NCBI GenBank assembly: GCA_951406725.2
Contig: OX597815.1
Location: 121,830,001-121,894,000, forward strand
Direction of reading: 5' to 3'
DNA length: 64,000 nt
Source: Octopus vulgaris
Taxonomy: Eukaryota
Shown here: in pieces, positions 12,041 to 25,724 of the stretch
Layout of the letters: every line of letters begins with the position of its first letter
How positions within the stretch are numbered: the stretch's first letter is position 1
Made by a program: the position numbers and the translations under genes
The notes under the pieces: generated by a model
Seen by the model: the letters and a program-made list of their open reading frames with translations, nothing else
Databases searched by the model: none
What the model was told of the DNA's origin: nothing

Positions 12041-15000
12041 ATTTATGGCTATATAACATCATCTTTGTTCTAACATCCACTTTTCCATGCTTGCATACAT
12101 TAGATAGAGTTTATTATGACAGATTTTCTATGGCTTGATGCCTTTACTTTAGTTATTTTTTACCTGTGTCTGAGCTAGGTAATATTTCCCCATAGCTAGA
12201 TATGTCTTTCTTGCAGAATATTGGAAATGCTTCTGTGACAGTGACATTCATTTACAACTATCAGTATCAAAACAAGGAGACAAACATACAAACACACACA
12301 CATTTTATATACTCGCATGTGTATATATGTGTGTGTGTACACGCAGGCACACACACACACACACACACAACAGGATTCTTTCAGTTCTTATTTACTGAAT
12401 CTACTAACAAGGCTTTGGTCAACCCAAGACAATTGCCTAAGGTGCTACACAGTGGGACTGAACCTGAAACTGTGTGGTTTGGAAGCAAACTTCTTAATCA
12501 CACAGTCATATAGGAAACCTATAATTAACTTATAATTAAACTAATACAGTCTACTATTAAAATATTAGTTATTTATATGAAGGTAGCTAATTGGGAAAGT
12601 TGTCAGAGCAATGAACAGGATTCTTTATGCAATGTGCTATTTGTTTCAACTCTCTCCACTCTGAGTTCAAATCTCACCATGGTCAGCTTTGGCCTTCATC
12701 CTTTCAGAGTTGATAAATAAAAGCATCAGTCCAGAACAGTGAACTAGAGTTGTTAAAGCATTAGATATGATATCTGGTGGCATTTGTTCAGGTTCTGACT
12801 AGCACCTGCCTTCCCTGGACAACTGCTGGCTTTCCTGTGTCTTGCAGTAAAGCTCTTAAGACTGAACCTGAAACCATGCAGTTACAACACAAACTTTTTA
12901 ACCACATAACCATGTCTGCACCTGAATAGCAATCTTATGTTTGACTTACTATATTTGATGTTGTAAAAGATGCATGAGCATATTAGACACAACCCAACTT
13001 CGGCAGAGCATTTCCAAGTAAAAAATTGTTTTTTATTGAATTAAAACATGTAATATTTAAAGTAATCCAAATATAGCAAGCTGGCAGAATTGTTATGTCA
13101 GGCAAAATGTTTAGCAGCATTTTGTTCATCTTAAAGTTCTGAGTTCAAATTCCACAGAGATTAATTTTGCTTTACATCCTTTCAGGATTGATAAAATAAA
13201 TATCAATTGAGCAGCAGGGTCGATGTAATCAGCTTAGTCCCCTCCCACAAACCGGCCAGCCTTGTTCCAAATTTTGAAACAAATATTTACAGCAATCTAG
13301 CAATACATTACGAAAGTACTTTGGTTATAGCAAAAAAAAAAAAAAAAAAGGCAGTGAAACTAAATAGAAGAGACCATCAGTATTAAAAATAACCTATAAT
13401 AGTGTCAGGGTCAACATGAACTTATGGGTAGCTCAGCTTCACAAACAGAAGATGGGTGAATTTTTTTGAGACTTATTTTTAAAAAGTGTGTCTTATATGC
13501 CATCAAATACGGTACTCTAAAATATTAAATAGTTGAAGAAAGAAACACATTTTATAATAAAAAAGTACAATTAAGGTTTGAAGTATAGTGAGCAAGACAC
13601 AAAGCCCAACAGAATCTAACCTAAAATTAAATGAAAGGAAACAATTCACTAATATTAATGCCAGAAAGTGTGACACAAAGAAATTCAAAGACTTGACTAA
13701 TAATAACAAGAAACAGAAATATACAATGTATATGAAATTTTACCCAATAAGTTATTTTTCTGTGCATTAAAAATCTATTTCCAAGAACTTCTATAATAGA
13801 GAGAAATACAGAACACGTATAAAATTCTTAATTTTAAAAAATACATACAATTCATCCAGTTTATGTCATAAAAACCAAGAAATACAAATATATATATATA
13901 ACAGAAAGCATTTTTGCATTGTCAGTTTTCATTTTTAAACAGGTTTATGTCATTTCTGTATTCTGCATTCCAATCCCATGGTTCATAATCATTATCAACA
14001 AAATCTATCACATACCTTGCTTTAGATCAACATCAAGATGGAAAAAAAATCTGTACTCCAATATGTATATACATATACTTCCACAAATAGTTTTAAATAA
14101 AGACTCATTGAAAAAAATAGGGTGATATATTCATACAGATATATCCAGTTATATTCATAAAATTACTTACACGTATGTTAAAGAGGGTTTTTTTTTTAAT
14201 GTAGAATCCAATATTAAATACATTCAGTAGAGTATAAATTTATAATCACTCAACTTTGGCTCTAGATGTGTGTGTGTGTGTATACATACACCCACATGCA
14301 TTCTGATATAAAAGAAAACACTGCAAAACTTTTTGATTTTTCTCTCCCCTCTCCCCCCATATATATTATGATCAAAGTAAATATTTGTTTTGAAATGTGA
14401 AACAGTTTTATTTCTGTTATTATTTTACCTATTCTTTGTTCCTTCACTTTGAGGTTTCTAAAGATTTGTGTGCAAACCACTTTTCACTAACTTTTGTAGT
14501 CAATTTTTATCCATTTTATGTAATTTGATTGGGATTTTAGGCATCATAGCTTCCATGAAAAGGAAGCAAACATTTGTCACATTCTAAAAAGGAAAAAAAT
14601 GTATTCAAATCTGAAAGCGTTGTAGAATTTGTGCCGGAATGCCCAAGTAATCAATAAATGTTTGCAGATTGATAAATCTTTGCATTAGCAGATAGAGAGA
14701 TTTCATTTACTAACTGTAACATTAATGGTGTGTATCAGAATCTAAAAAAATTTTTAAAGTATGAAAAACAAATTTTAGGTCTATTAAAGAAAACCTAAAA
14801 TAACTTAAAGCTATAATTGAAGCACCCCAGAGAGCAATCACAAAAAGACAAAATATTAAAATAATAGATGTAACAGGTCTTGATTACAGGGATCAGCTTG
14901 AGAAGCTCAAAATATGTTCCTTCCAATGAGTGCTATATTAGTTGTGTGATATGGAAAATATTCCATTGACATTGCCCAAATGATGTCAGCATCAACTTCA

Positions 15001-15087
15001 AAATTCACTGAAGGCTTGGTCCCTACTGTCATCTGTCCTTTACAAAAATTGTGCACGTTTCACATCACAACATTAAGACAGAATTAT

Positions 15088-15493
15088 TATTCTTTACTAC
15101 TCTAGGCAAAAGGACTGAAATATTTTGAGGGGAGGGGGATAGTCATTTAGATTGAACCCCGGTATGCAACTGGTACTTAATTTATCGACCCAGAAAGGAT
15201 GAAAAGCAAAGTTAATCTCAGTGGAATTTGAACTCAGAACATAAAGACAGATGAAATACCTATTTCTTTACTACCCACAAGGGGCTAAACACAGACAGGA
15301 CAAACAAGGACAGACAAACGGATTAAGTCGATTATATTGACCCCAGTGCATAATTGGTACTTATTTAATCAACCCCGAAAGGATGAAAGGCAAAGTCTAC
15401 TTCGGTGGAATTTGAACTCAGAACATAGCAGCAGATGAAATACCGCTAAGCATTTCGTCCAGCATGCTAATGTTTCTGCCAATTCGCCACCTT
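15088..15493 (-). mobile_element. Two tandem copies of tRNA-derived SINE family B with different 3' tails (other copies ~13073-13285+, 31285-31488-, 35597-35828-)
   Basis: Shared core ctgagttcaaattcc (B box)...ctttgcctttcatcctttcgggg...aagtacc. The tails differ: ...gtttagccccttgtggg versus ...ccctcaaaa...gcctagagtagtaaagaat. Confidence 0.85.
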
Positions 15494-17683
15494 AAGACAA
15501 CTATTATTTCAGTTCAATTGGCCCTGCTCTCTCTAACATATGCCAGGATATGTAAAAGAAAAGGATCTTGTAACATTCAAATAAGTTCTTGGATGAATTC
15601 CCCCAACAAATTCCAGATAAACCACTTACACCTGGATATACCTCTGCACACAGTAACTCTTTACTCAAATGAGTTATAGTAACCCAAAGTATGAAGCATG
15701 TCTGAGCTAATTCTATCTATGAGTATGATATGGTACCATGCTTTTACTAAATTGTTTTCAGTGCCTATGTATCTGAGAGATAATATAAACACACTTTGAG
15801 TCCTCCCACCCTACAAACGACCTGGCAGAACAAACAGGGCATGACAGGAGAGAGGGCTGCACCAGTACTTAGCAGTAATTTCAGCAGAGTAGACTAATGT
15901 GAAATTAAGAGTTTTGCCCAAGAACACAATGCGCAACCTAATCCATGTTTTCGAAGCTGCATTTAATAACTGTGAGCCTGACACTGTGGCCATTGGGCCA
16001 TGTAATACTGAGGCACTGCTTTCAAAGACCTAAGTCAATCGCATTGAGTGTAGTTCTTTTTTCAGTCAGGTACCTATTTATTGAATGGTTAAATTATCAT
16101 TTGACATAAAGGGAGGCAAACACAGTACACCAGTTTACACCAGAATACACACACAAACAACATTCAAATAAACAATACTTTTTATGGTTTGTAGACATCT
16201 TAGCTGTATGACTAAAGATACCTGTATGTGCACACATGATAGGCTACTGAAATTTCTGGTAACCAAATTCCATTTACAAGAAATTGATCAACCAAAGACT
16301 ACAGTGAAAAGACATAAGTGTCTAAGGTACTGTGTAGTGGAATTTAATCTAGAACCATATCATTGCAAAGAAGGCTTTTCAACCACACAGCTGGCCTCAT
16401 GCCAATTAATTTTTTTTTTTCTTTCATGTAAGCACTGATGACCTCAATTTAGAACAAAGTAAAAAATTAAATATGATGCATATATATTTTCAAAGACACA
16501 AACAATCCAAATAAAAAGACTGCAACCAAAAATTCAAAACAGAATTTGAGTCAGTTCAAAGATGACTTTTTGTTCAACAGTACTTTGTTACCATATTTAG
16601 ATGGAAATAACATTTACACCAATTATCTTATATTTGCAGTCAAAATACAGTCATATTTCATCTATATTATCATTGTATGGCCACTGTACATGTATATCTT
16701 TAGTCAGGTCAGGGATTTCATCACATGCTGGTGACACCTGATACTAGTATCAGGTGAAAAAGTACTACTTGTTGCATGGTCAGGTGATCAGCTCCTCCAC
16801 TTGAGTAGTTTACTCCTCTTAAGAGGAGAATGTTTGGACAACCAGCAGGACTAAATGCAAGACCTGCTGAAGGGCAGATGAACTCCTTGTGGGCCAACAG
16901 CCAACCAAGATGGGAAGGCAATGGCAAACCACTCCAATATTTTTAATAAAAACGCACTATGAGTGACACTATAGCTTCATCCGATATGGAAGAACTTGCA
17001 CTTAGTCAAGAAGACTTCCATTGTAATGTCATCAATGCATTGCAGGTGTACAACACATGGCAATGACATGTATATCACTCACTGGTATTAATAACAATGT
17101 TCCTATTATACGGATTTATGTTTGTTAGACTCTGGACACAATGTTTTGATAAATGGTACAGTCTACTGATGAATATTTTAATTATGGACAGATAAATAGA
17201 TAAATGAAAGACAAAATCAAATCTAGCAGGGCTTGAACTCAAAGCTATGGAATAGAAAACAAAATACTGTGAAGCAGCACTTGCATCATTCTTGTGTCTC
17301 TTCATATATCTCTACAAGAATATTAAATAAAGACAATTGAACAAAATAATTATGTAATACAAGACATTTTCACATGCCAAAATAAATCTTTTGAATATGA
17401 AGTATTAATCTTGTATTTTAATAACGGGGAAAATACTTTAACAAGGAACAAATGACAGTAATAATTTAAAATAAAAATAAAATGACAGGAAAACATAAAA
17501 ATTAGAATCATGACATTACATTGGAAACACACAAATGTTGGACTAACAAAACTAAAAGCAACACACCAGACGCAATAATCAATACAATGATCACAAATAC
17601 CTACAGTTGGAAATGAATAATAGCTATAATAATTAGTATAATTATCTGCACTGTTATTTATTGTTTGTTTGTGTATATGTAAG

Positions 17684-17719
<36 letters not shown>

Positions 17720-17807
17720 CAGTGTACATTTAAACACATTCCATCATAGGAATCCATTATGCTAGAAAGAATAGTTAAAGTCCAAACCACTAATTATTAC
17801 CCTAATA

Positions 17808-17850
<43 letters not shown>

Positions 17851-18488
17851 GACATACAAAAAGAGAGAGAATTAGAAACTATGGTAAAAAATAAAATGTG
17901 TGAGATGTCCATGAGAGTCCTGAATTGGTCTGTCATGACCCATCCTCCCATGCCAGCATGGAAAGTGGATTCTCCATTTACATATCTCTAATTGCATGCA
18001 TGTCATTATCAACAGCATTTTATGGTTGTTTCTTTGTGTTGGCATGACTTGAAATAGTTTGCTTCAACACAATGCTTATCTCCTTCATGAGGTTTGAAAC
18101 TCCGGGTTCAAACCTCACCAAATCTTCCCATGACCTTCTTAATCTGTTTTCTACTATATGGCAAACAGCCGAGTTGAAAGAACACTCTGCAACCAGCTGA
18201 GAGACCGACAGTTTGTATCCAGTCAGCAGCACTGCATTAAGACCATGATTCAAAATCACCTAATCTATAAGAAACAAAACCACAAGTAAAAATACAAACA
18301 AATTATCATGGGACTTGTTATTTTGCAGTGCTGAGTTCTCTACAACCTATAGATCCAAGTGAATCACACTTAAACTTGAGTTGCTCAAGCATCTAAGACT
18401 GCCTCTGTTCTTTGATTCTGCCTCCTGTAGTTCAAACTACAATTAGTACATTATTATGGTTTTTGTGCAACAACTGATTCTACATTAA

Positions 18489-19054
18489 CCCTTAAATGAC
18501 AGGCATCATCAATTGATATTTCATTAGAGAACAGTGGATGACATCAATTGATGTTTCAAAAATTTTAGACAGATACAACGATTATCAATTGACACCCAGG
18601 CATATCTTTTGTCAAATGCACCTAAACATAAATGGCCCATATCGAGGGGGAAAATCAAGTTGCAAATGAATATTTATGCAGCAATAAAAGAAATTTTTAC
18701 TGACTTTCCTTCATTAGATGAAGAATATGATAAAGATGATACTCTAGATAGCACAGTGCAAAAGAAAGTGATGCTTTGACTAGCTCTGAGTTGAAAAAGT
18801 GCATCAATTTTACTCAATTTTTACATTCGTTTGATAACAGGAGAGTCCCAAATCAATTTATACTCAAATGATTTTATTGCCCTTTTGTCTTTATTTTTTT
18901 TATAATAAAAGAGATTTAAAATATTTTCATAGTTTTTGTACTTATATAAAGTAAAAAGAAGTATAAAAATTGCCATTAAGAAAAACAAGGTATTTTTTAC
19001 TTTTTGCTTGTTCGGCATAAGCATTCATGCAAACCTTTTCTCTCTATTTAAGGG
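18489..19054. mobile_element. piggyBac-like non-autonomous element
   Basis: TTAA|CCCTTAAAT ... ATTTAAGGG|TTAT termini, i.e. TTAA target with CCC/GGG ends. Confidence 0.65.
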
Positions 19055-20859
19055 TTATGCTCATTATGACATCCACTACATGATGTCCTTAGCTATGATG
19101 AATAACCATTGTGTGTGCGCGTGTGTGTGTGTGATCTCAATTTTAAGTAAACAAAATTGTTTACATATTATAAAACTATTTTATTATAAATCTAAAAAAA
19201 TATTAGCTCATTAGTATGCAAAAGCAAAAGGATTATTAGAAAAATTCTAAGAGATATTAAGTTGTTTCTCTTGGGAGGTATGCAATGTCCTTTAATTGAA
19301 TTAAAAGAAGGGACAGGGATGAACATCAAGACAACTACAACAAAAATATCACAACCAGCACTTACTTCTAAGAATATTATGCTAATATTGTTCCACGGTA
19401 ACTGTTCAACTATTTGTTCTGAAACATTATACATAATATTTGAAAATTGGATCCATGTATCCACATTTTAGGTACAGCTCACTCACTCACATAATCCATG
19501 AATGGAAGATGGATGGATATTTTAGAATATTGTTTTTAAATATAAAAAAAAAACATGTGAATTAATCTGAGTATAGAATAATGTTTTCCTAGTTTTATAG
19601 GTGAGAGGTCAATCATTAAATTAAAAACCATTTAATTACAAGTCATATGCCATTTTGGCACATTACCACAAAATCAATTCTCCTGCAAATTCTGATTGAA
19701 ACCAAGAAATAAAAAAAAAACTAGTACAGACCGTTAGTGATTAAATATGAATTCTACAGACAAAACAGTCAACATATAACTTAATTATTGCAACTCCAAT
19801 GATATTCAGATTTTTTTCTTTTGCTCTTTTTTTTTATATAATAAATATTTTAAGAGATTATATGATAGGGGTCTATTAAAAATATGAAAAGCACAAGACA
19901 ATCAGATTACACATAGCTATAAAATAAACATTATCATGCTAACTACTCAAAACTTACCAAGATTCAAATTACGTAGTGAAGTAGGAAAATATTTATCATG
20001 TGAATCAATATGAAATAGACAATACATTGAAACAACTGTAAAACAAATATATCACATAATATGAGGTATAGTTGTTTTAGGAAGTAATATGAGTCAGCTA
20101 CAATTGATATTGAGTTTCTATAAATGTATTAGAGCTAAGCGCTAAGAAATGTTAGTGAGGTCATCCATCATCATTTCAATGTCCACTTTTCTATACTTGC
20201 AGGGTTTGGACAGAATTCATTGGGGAAGATTTTCTACAGCTAGATGCCCTTCCTGTCACCAACCCTTACTCATTTCCAAGCAAGGTAATATTTCCCCATG
20301 ACCAGATGTTTTCATGGAAGATTGAAAATGAAGGACAGTGCTTGCATAACAACAGTGACACTCATTTACAATTATTGTGTGGCTATCAAGAAAAGGAGAC
20401 AGTAACACATGCATGCACAACACACTTGTGTGCATATCTGTATGCATGAAGAGTTTCTTTCAGTTTCCCTCTAGCAAATCCACTCACAAGGCTTTGGTTG
20501 GGTCAGAGTTAGTTAAAAACACCTGCCCCAGTGAGACAGAACCAAAAACTATGCAGCTGGGACAAAAACTTCTTACTACATAGCCAGGCTGACAGCTTAG
20601 TAGTGTCTACACAAATCAAATTTTGTATCATAAGTGAGCCAATGAAGAAAGTATTAAGAGTTATTCTCGAGTCTCCTCAAATCACTGACCACCAGTAAAC
20701 ATTTTACAATGTAGTTCTATAATGAATGTGCCTCCAAATAAAAATAGGATTGTCAGAGCAGGAATGTCTTTGTTCAGCTGACTGAAGGCTAACCACCAAA
20801 CAACAAACCAAGTGAAATGCATACAACAGGGAACAAAGTGAACAGTGAAATATACTCAC

Positions 20860-20880
20860 TGAAAGCCAACTCAATGACAT
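20860..20880 (-). CDS. Candidate symmetric 21-nt cassette microexon (DVIELAF) in the Ig1-Ig2 linker
   Basis: cactaaaatcttgtttcacattctgggtag|ATGTCATTGAGTTGGCTTTCA|gtgagt. Phase 1-1 matches the host intron and the frame is open. No transcript evidence. Confidence 0.5.
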
Positions 20881-22421
20881 CTACCCAGAATGTGAAACAA
20901 GATTTTAGTGTTTTTGTACCAATATGCAAAATCAATATAAAAGAAATTTATAAGAGCCTAGTGAAGAGTGAACCTACATTTTCTTTGTTGATGGCTTGGT
21001 TAATCCATATTACTCTCTAAGGATGATAGGGCCAGTTTCCCAGTTTCTCTGGGGTATATATTCCTTCCTGGACAGGATACCAGTCTATCAGAGGATTACT
21101 CACTTAACAATCTGAATGGACGGGAGCAATGTTTTGCTCAAGAAGACAACACATTGCCCAGTCCAGGAATCAAAACCACAATCTTATGATTATGAGTACA
21201 ACAACCTAACCACTAAGTCATGCACCTCCACTATTTGTTGATGGCTTGGTGTAATTTATCATTCATTATTTTACATCAATTTTTCCATACTAGCAAGGGT
21301 TATATGAATATAATGTATTATTTGAGCAATATTTTACAACTGGGTGCCCTTTCTATCATTAACCATTTCCTGTTTTTCAAGTAAGAGGTCTCTTACACCA
21401 TACATATTCGAAAGTGTAGAGCCAGCAGATGATTTATAAACAGGGACATGGCAATAAACTTTACCACACAATGGATTTTATTTTCATGTGAAGTGGATGG
21501 GATATAAATACTAGCATGCACACACACATAACAGGCTTCATACAGTTTCCATCTATCAAATTTACGCAAAAGGCATTGACTGACCCTGAGCTACAGGAGA
21601 ATCACTTGCCCAAAGTGCTGTGCAGTGGGACTGAATCCAAAACATGGTGAATGAGAAGCAAACTTCTTAACTACATTTTTAAAAGATGTATAAAACCAAC
21701 ACAGGAGATACTGAGACAGAAAAATCAAAATATTACTCAGAACAAAAGTAAACTTTGAAGTATACTTGTATTTTTTAAACATTTTTTATAGGTTAGTCAT
21801 GAGAGGAAGCTCTGTGCCTATGATTCTTTTCAGAGTTTCAGAAACAGGTGGGAAGATGTTCTCTTTCAGGCCTAAGTTCTAAACCAAATACTTTGCAATG
21901 GGGTGTAATCAATTAAAAGTATCCATATGTATGAAGAGAGATAAAGTGACATAAAAATATTGTTTTATGTTTTACATAGCCCTGAGGTTAAAAAGTTCAC
22001 TTCACAACCATATACTTCTAAAGTCGCCTTGGGGGTTACCAATACCATCTTGAGTTGAAGTTCATAGACAGAAAATGCAGAAAACCAGTGCACGCACATG
22101 CACACACACACGCACATTACTGGTGTATCCCATCTTTAGAATAGATACACAGCATCTCCATGTTATAAGAGGCAACAAAGAGGGTTGGTCACAGGAAGGA
22201 CATCTGGTTACTAAACACTACCTCAAAAAAAAAAAAAATTGTCCAACCCATGCCAGCATGGAAAAGTCAATGTAAAAATTTTGATGGTGATGACGTATGT
22301 CTATATAAAATTTGATGTGTCTTTGAAAAGTGTAACTGATGTTGTGTCAATTGCTAAGTTATTAGCAATTTGACAAATACAGATCAAAAAGCTAAATACC
22401 AGACTAAGACTGGGGTCCATA

Positions 22422-22512
22422 CCAGGATAATTACCCCACTAGGACAATTCTCCCCACCCATGACAACTACCCCCTAGGACAATTACCACCCCACCAGGGG
22501 TAAATGTCCTAG
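22422..22512. repeat. Short tandem array of ggacaattacccc-like units with one inverted unit
   Basis: aggataattacccc, aggacaattctcccc, tgacaactacccc, aggacaattaccacc, then ggggtaaatgtcct. Probably subterminal repeats of a DNA transposon. Confidence 0.6.
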
Positions 22513-24324
22513 ACCCACTGAGGTCGATGGGATCAGCTTAACCCTTGAAAGGAAGTCCATTGACTGAAAAGGAGGATATTAAATGCATATCTTTTCACTT
22601 ATTATGTCAAGTTACATTAGTCACTGATAAACAATTTCTAGATCAAAATATACTGGAAGTAAAGCTGGCAAAAATGAAATTCCTATGAGCTACTAGTAAG
22701 GTTCAAATATACAGATATATTTAGAGAGGAGTGTCAAAGAGTGAAGTTTAGAACAGAACTATATTTAGGGAAGTATGTCAAAGAAATATGGTGTAACATT
22801 ACAATGGGAGATATATTTAGTGAAGAGTGACAACATAAGTAAGACTTTATTAGACTTTTATTTTTCATACATCTGTGTTGGAAAGGAACACAGCAAACAG
22901 AAATATTTAAGAAATGTGATAATAATGAAATTGGGTAAGAAAATCACATGAGAATATTACATGGCTGATGATGCAAATGAAATAAGTGCCTAGTGTAACT
23001 AGATTACAGAGAAAGGGAAACTTCTAAAACAGAACTATAAAGATATTCTATCTGGAGTCCACCTGTTTAAAAGATTTATATATAGAATAGAGATGTGGGA
23101 ATAAAGCAAAAATTTACAAAATATACTGAAACAGCTATTTGACTGTCAGCGATTGTTGTGGAAAGTATTTATTAAAGAATAGTAGTGTTCAAACCAGACT
23201 AACCATGGGAACTTGAAGAAAAATAACTGTTGAATATTAATGATAATATTAGCAAGAGAAATAATGAGGAAAGTGATCATTGTAGTGGCGGTGACGGTGG
23301 TACTAATGTTGATAATGATGTTGATGAAGTAGGAGGCATTTGAGGTGGCAACAGAGAGAGAAGAGCAACAGTAATACTTTCTTAACATTGACAAAAGGTT
23401 ATTTTGGGAAAAAGTATAACAACTGAATCAAACACATTACTTATATTTTATGAACAGCAAAAGAAAAGAAAAGAAGTAAAGATGACAGCAGAAGGTTATT
23501 TGACTGCAGAATGATACAGAACTATACAAGACACCATAAATATATATATTGTCAGTGAATTAAATTTATTTTACTATAATGAAATTTGTTTTTGGCTGTA
23601 GACAACAGATTACAAACTACAAGTCTAACAAGCAGATTTGGTACATGAACAGATAAGGAACTGAGTGGCTTTGAAATTATAAATGATAATAGAAAGGAAA
23701 AGAAAAGAATTGATGCTTATATAAAAAAAAAAAAAATTATATAGGCTCACTATATGCTCCATCAATAAAGGACCTACTGTTTTATTTTCTTTCCTATTAA
23801 ATTTGTTTAAACTATGCACTAAAAATACTCTGTATGTCTTTGAGTATGCCAACAGCAACCTATGTCTGCAGAAATCTTAACTTGTATCTCATACTTGTTT
23901 CAGTCATTAGACTGTGGCCATGCTGCAGCACTGACTTGAAAATTTTTAGTCAAATGAATCAACCCCAGTACTTGTTTTTTTATTTTTTAATAAGCTTGGT
24001 ACTGCTTTATTTTGCCAAACTACTAAATTAGAGATGTAAACACACAAACACAGTTGTCAAGCAGTGGAGAGGACAAACAATAGCACAAACACAAGCACAC
24101 ACACACAATGGACTTCTTCAGTTTCCATCTACCAAATTCAATCACAAGTCCAGCTGGCCTGGGGTTGTAGCAGAAGATACTTTCCCAGGTTACCATGCAA
24201 TAGGACTGATCCCTAAGCCATGTGGTTGGGAAGCAAACTTCTAACCACACAGCCATGCTTGCTATGACAAAAAAAAATAAACAGCAGAATCTATAAAAGC
24301 TCAGACGATTTTTACAGACATTAC

Positions 24325-24672
24325 CTTGGGACCACACTAAAAATTTTTTGGCACACCCTAACTGAAGGAGTCTTGGAAAGATTCAGGCTGAAATAACTTG
24401 GCATCAAAGAGAAGATGGCAGAAGATTTTTGGCTATGTGCTTCGCATGCCCATGAACAGGCCACTGAAGGTTTCTGATGAGTAGAAACCAGAAAGTAAGA
24501 GGACATATGATGTGAGGCAGATCTGTTGTGACCTAGTTGAGGAACAAAGAAGAGGACCTAGCAGATATGGGCCCAGCCTAGAAGCAGACTCTTAATAGAA
24601 CTCATGATCATGCTGAGTGGAGATTCTCTTGTTGCTCAATGCCCCATGAGAAGGAGGAGGAACTAAGACTAA
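24325..24672 (+). mobile_element. 3' end of a second, older RTE-like LINE family
   Basis: Degenerate translation ..RRWQ..GYVLRMP..RP.KV and ..HDHAEWR..VAQCP, ending in actaagactaa. Confidence 0.55.
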
Positions 24673-25724
24673 TAGCAACAAGATAAAATCACATCTGTGA
24701 TGTTGCATGGAAACATAAGTGACAGACAAAATAACATTGTGATCTCTTCAGCTTGTTGGTCACATATGTTGTTTAATCTTTCTGTTTTACAACCAAACGT
24801 TTCTGTCCACTACAGAATGCATGCATAAAACATCTGCCCCATGTCATTCCCCTTTTATAGCAGCATATGTTCTACTGTCATCTCCTGCTTTATCTATATT
24901 GCTTTATAAGTCTTTCTTTCTCTTTCTTCCTCTCATTTTTTCACCATTTCTGCACAGGCATGCACAATCATGTAACAGAATTTATCTGAAGCAGATATGA
25001 AAATGTGTTAGCAATTATATATTAAAGACATATCATTACTAAATAAGAGAGATAACCAACCACTTTTGATACAACTTATCCATGTACTTGTTGAAGAGGT
25101 TCAAAGTGTTTGTAAAAGTAATGATTGCCAATTATTTTCCTTAATTAGAAATGAAATTAAGAATAGAGGGACAGTTAGAAAGATTAAAAAAAAAAAAGAG
25201 TATTTTGAAATGTAAACTATTTAAAAGAGCGTGGAGAGACTAAAGTATGTGAAATAGAGATAGAGCAAATGTGAACGACATTAAACAGAGACAAAACAGA
25301 AAATATCAATGTAACATGTTATTTAATTAAAGATAACAGTGAATGTAACACCACAGCTCTTATTTATTTTCATAACATTAATCATATTCTATTAGTTTTG
25401 TAAACCATACACAACTGCTTTATATCTATATATATATATATATATATTTACACTAATTAAATCTAATTTTCTATTAAAAAAACATTTAGAAATAAACATA
25501 CAAACTAAAATCCAAATCAACATTGTTATTTTAAATTCATAAAACTATTTCTCTAGTTAATTTCTAAATAGAGAACAGGCTTCTTAATTAAAGATTCCAT
25601 CCTCTCAACACATCATGTTATGTCATGTGCCAGTAAATACAACTGAAAATATCATTTTAGACAAAGAATGGCTTGTATCTATTCTTGAATAAGCTAGCTG
25701 AAGACCAATGGAATAACAACAACA

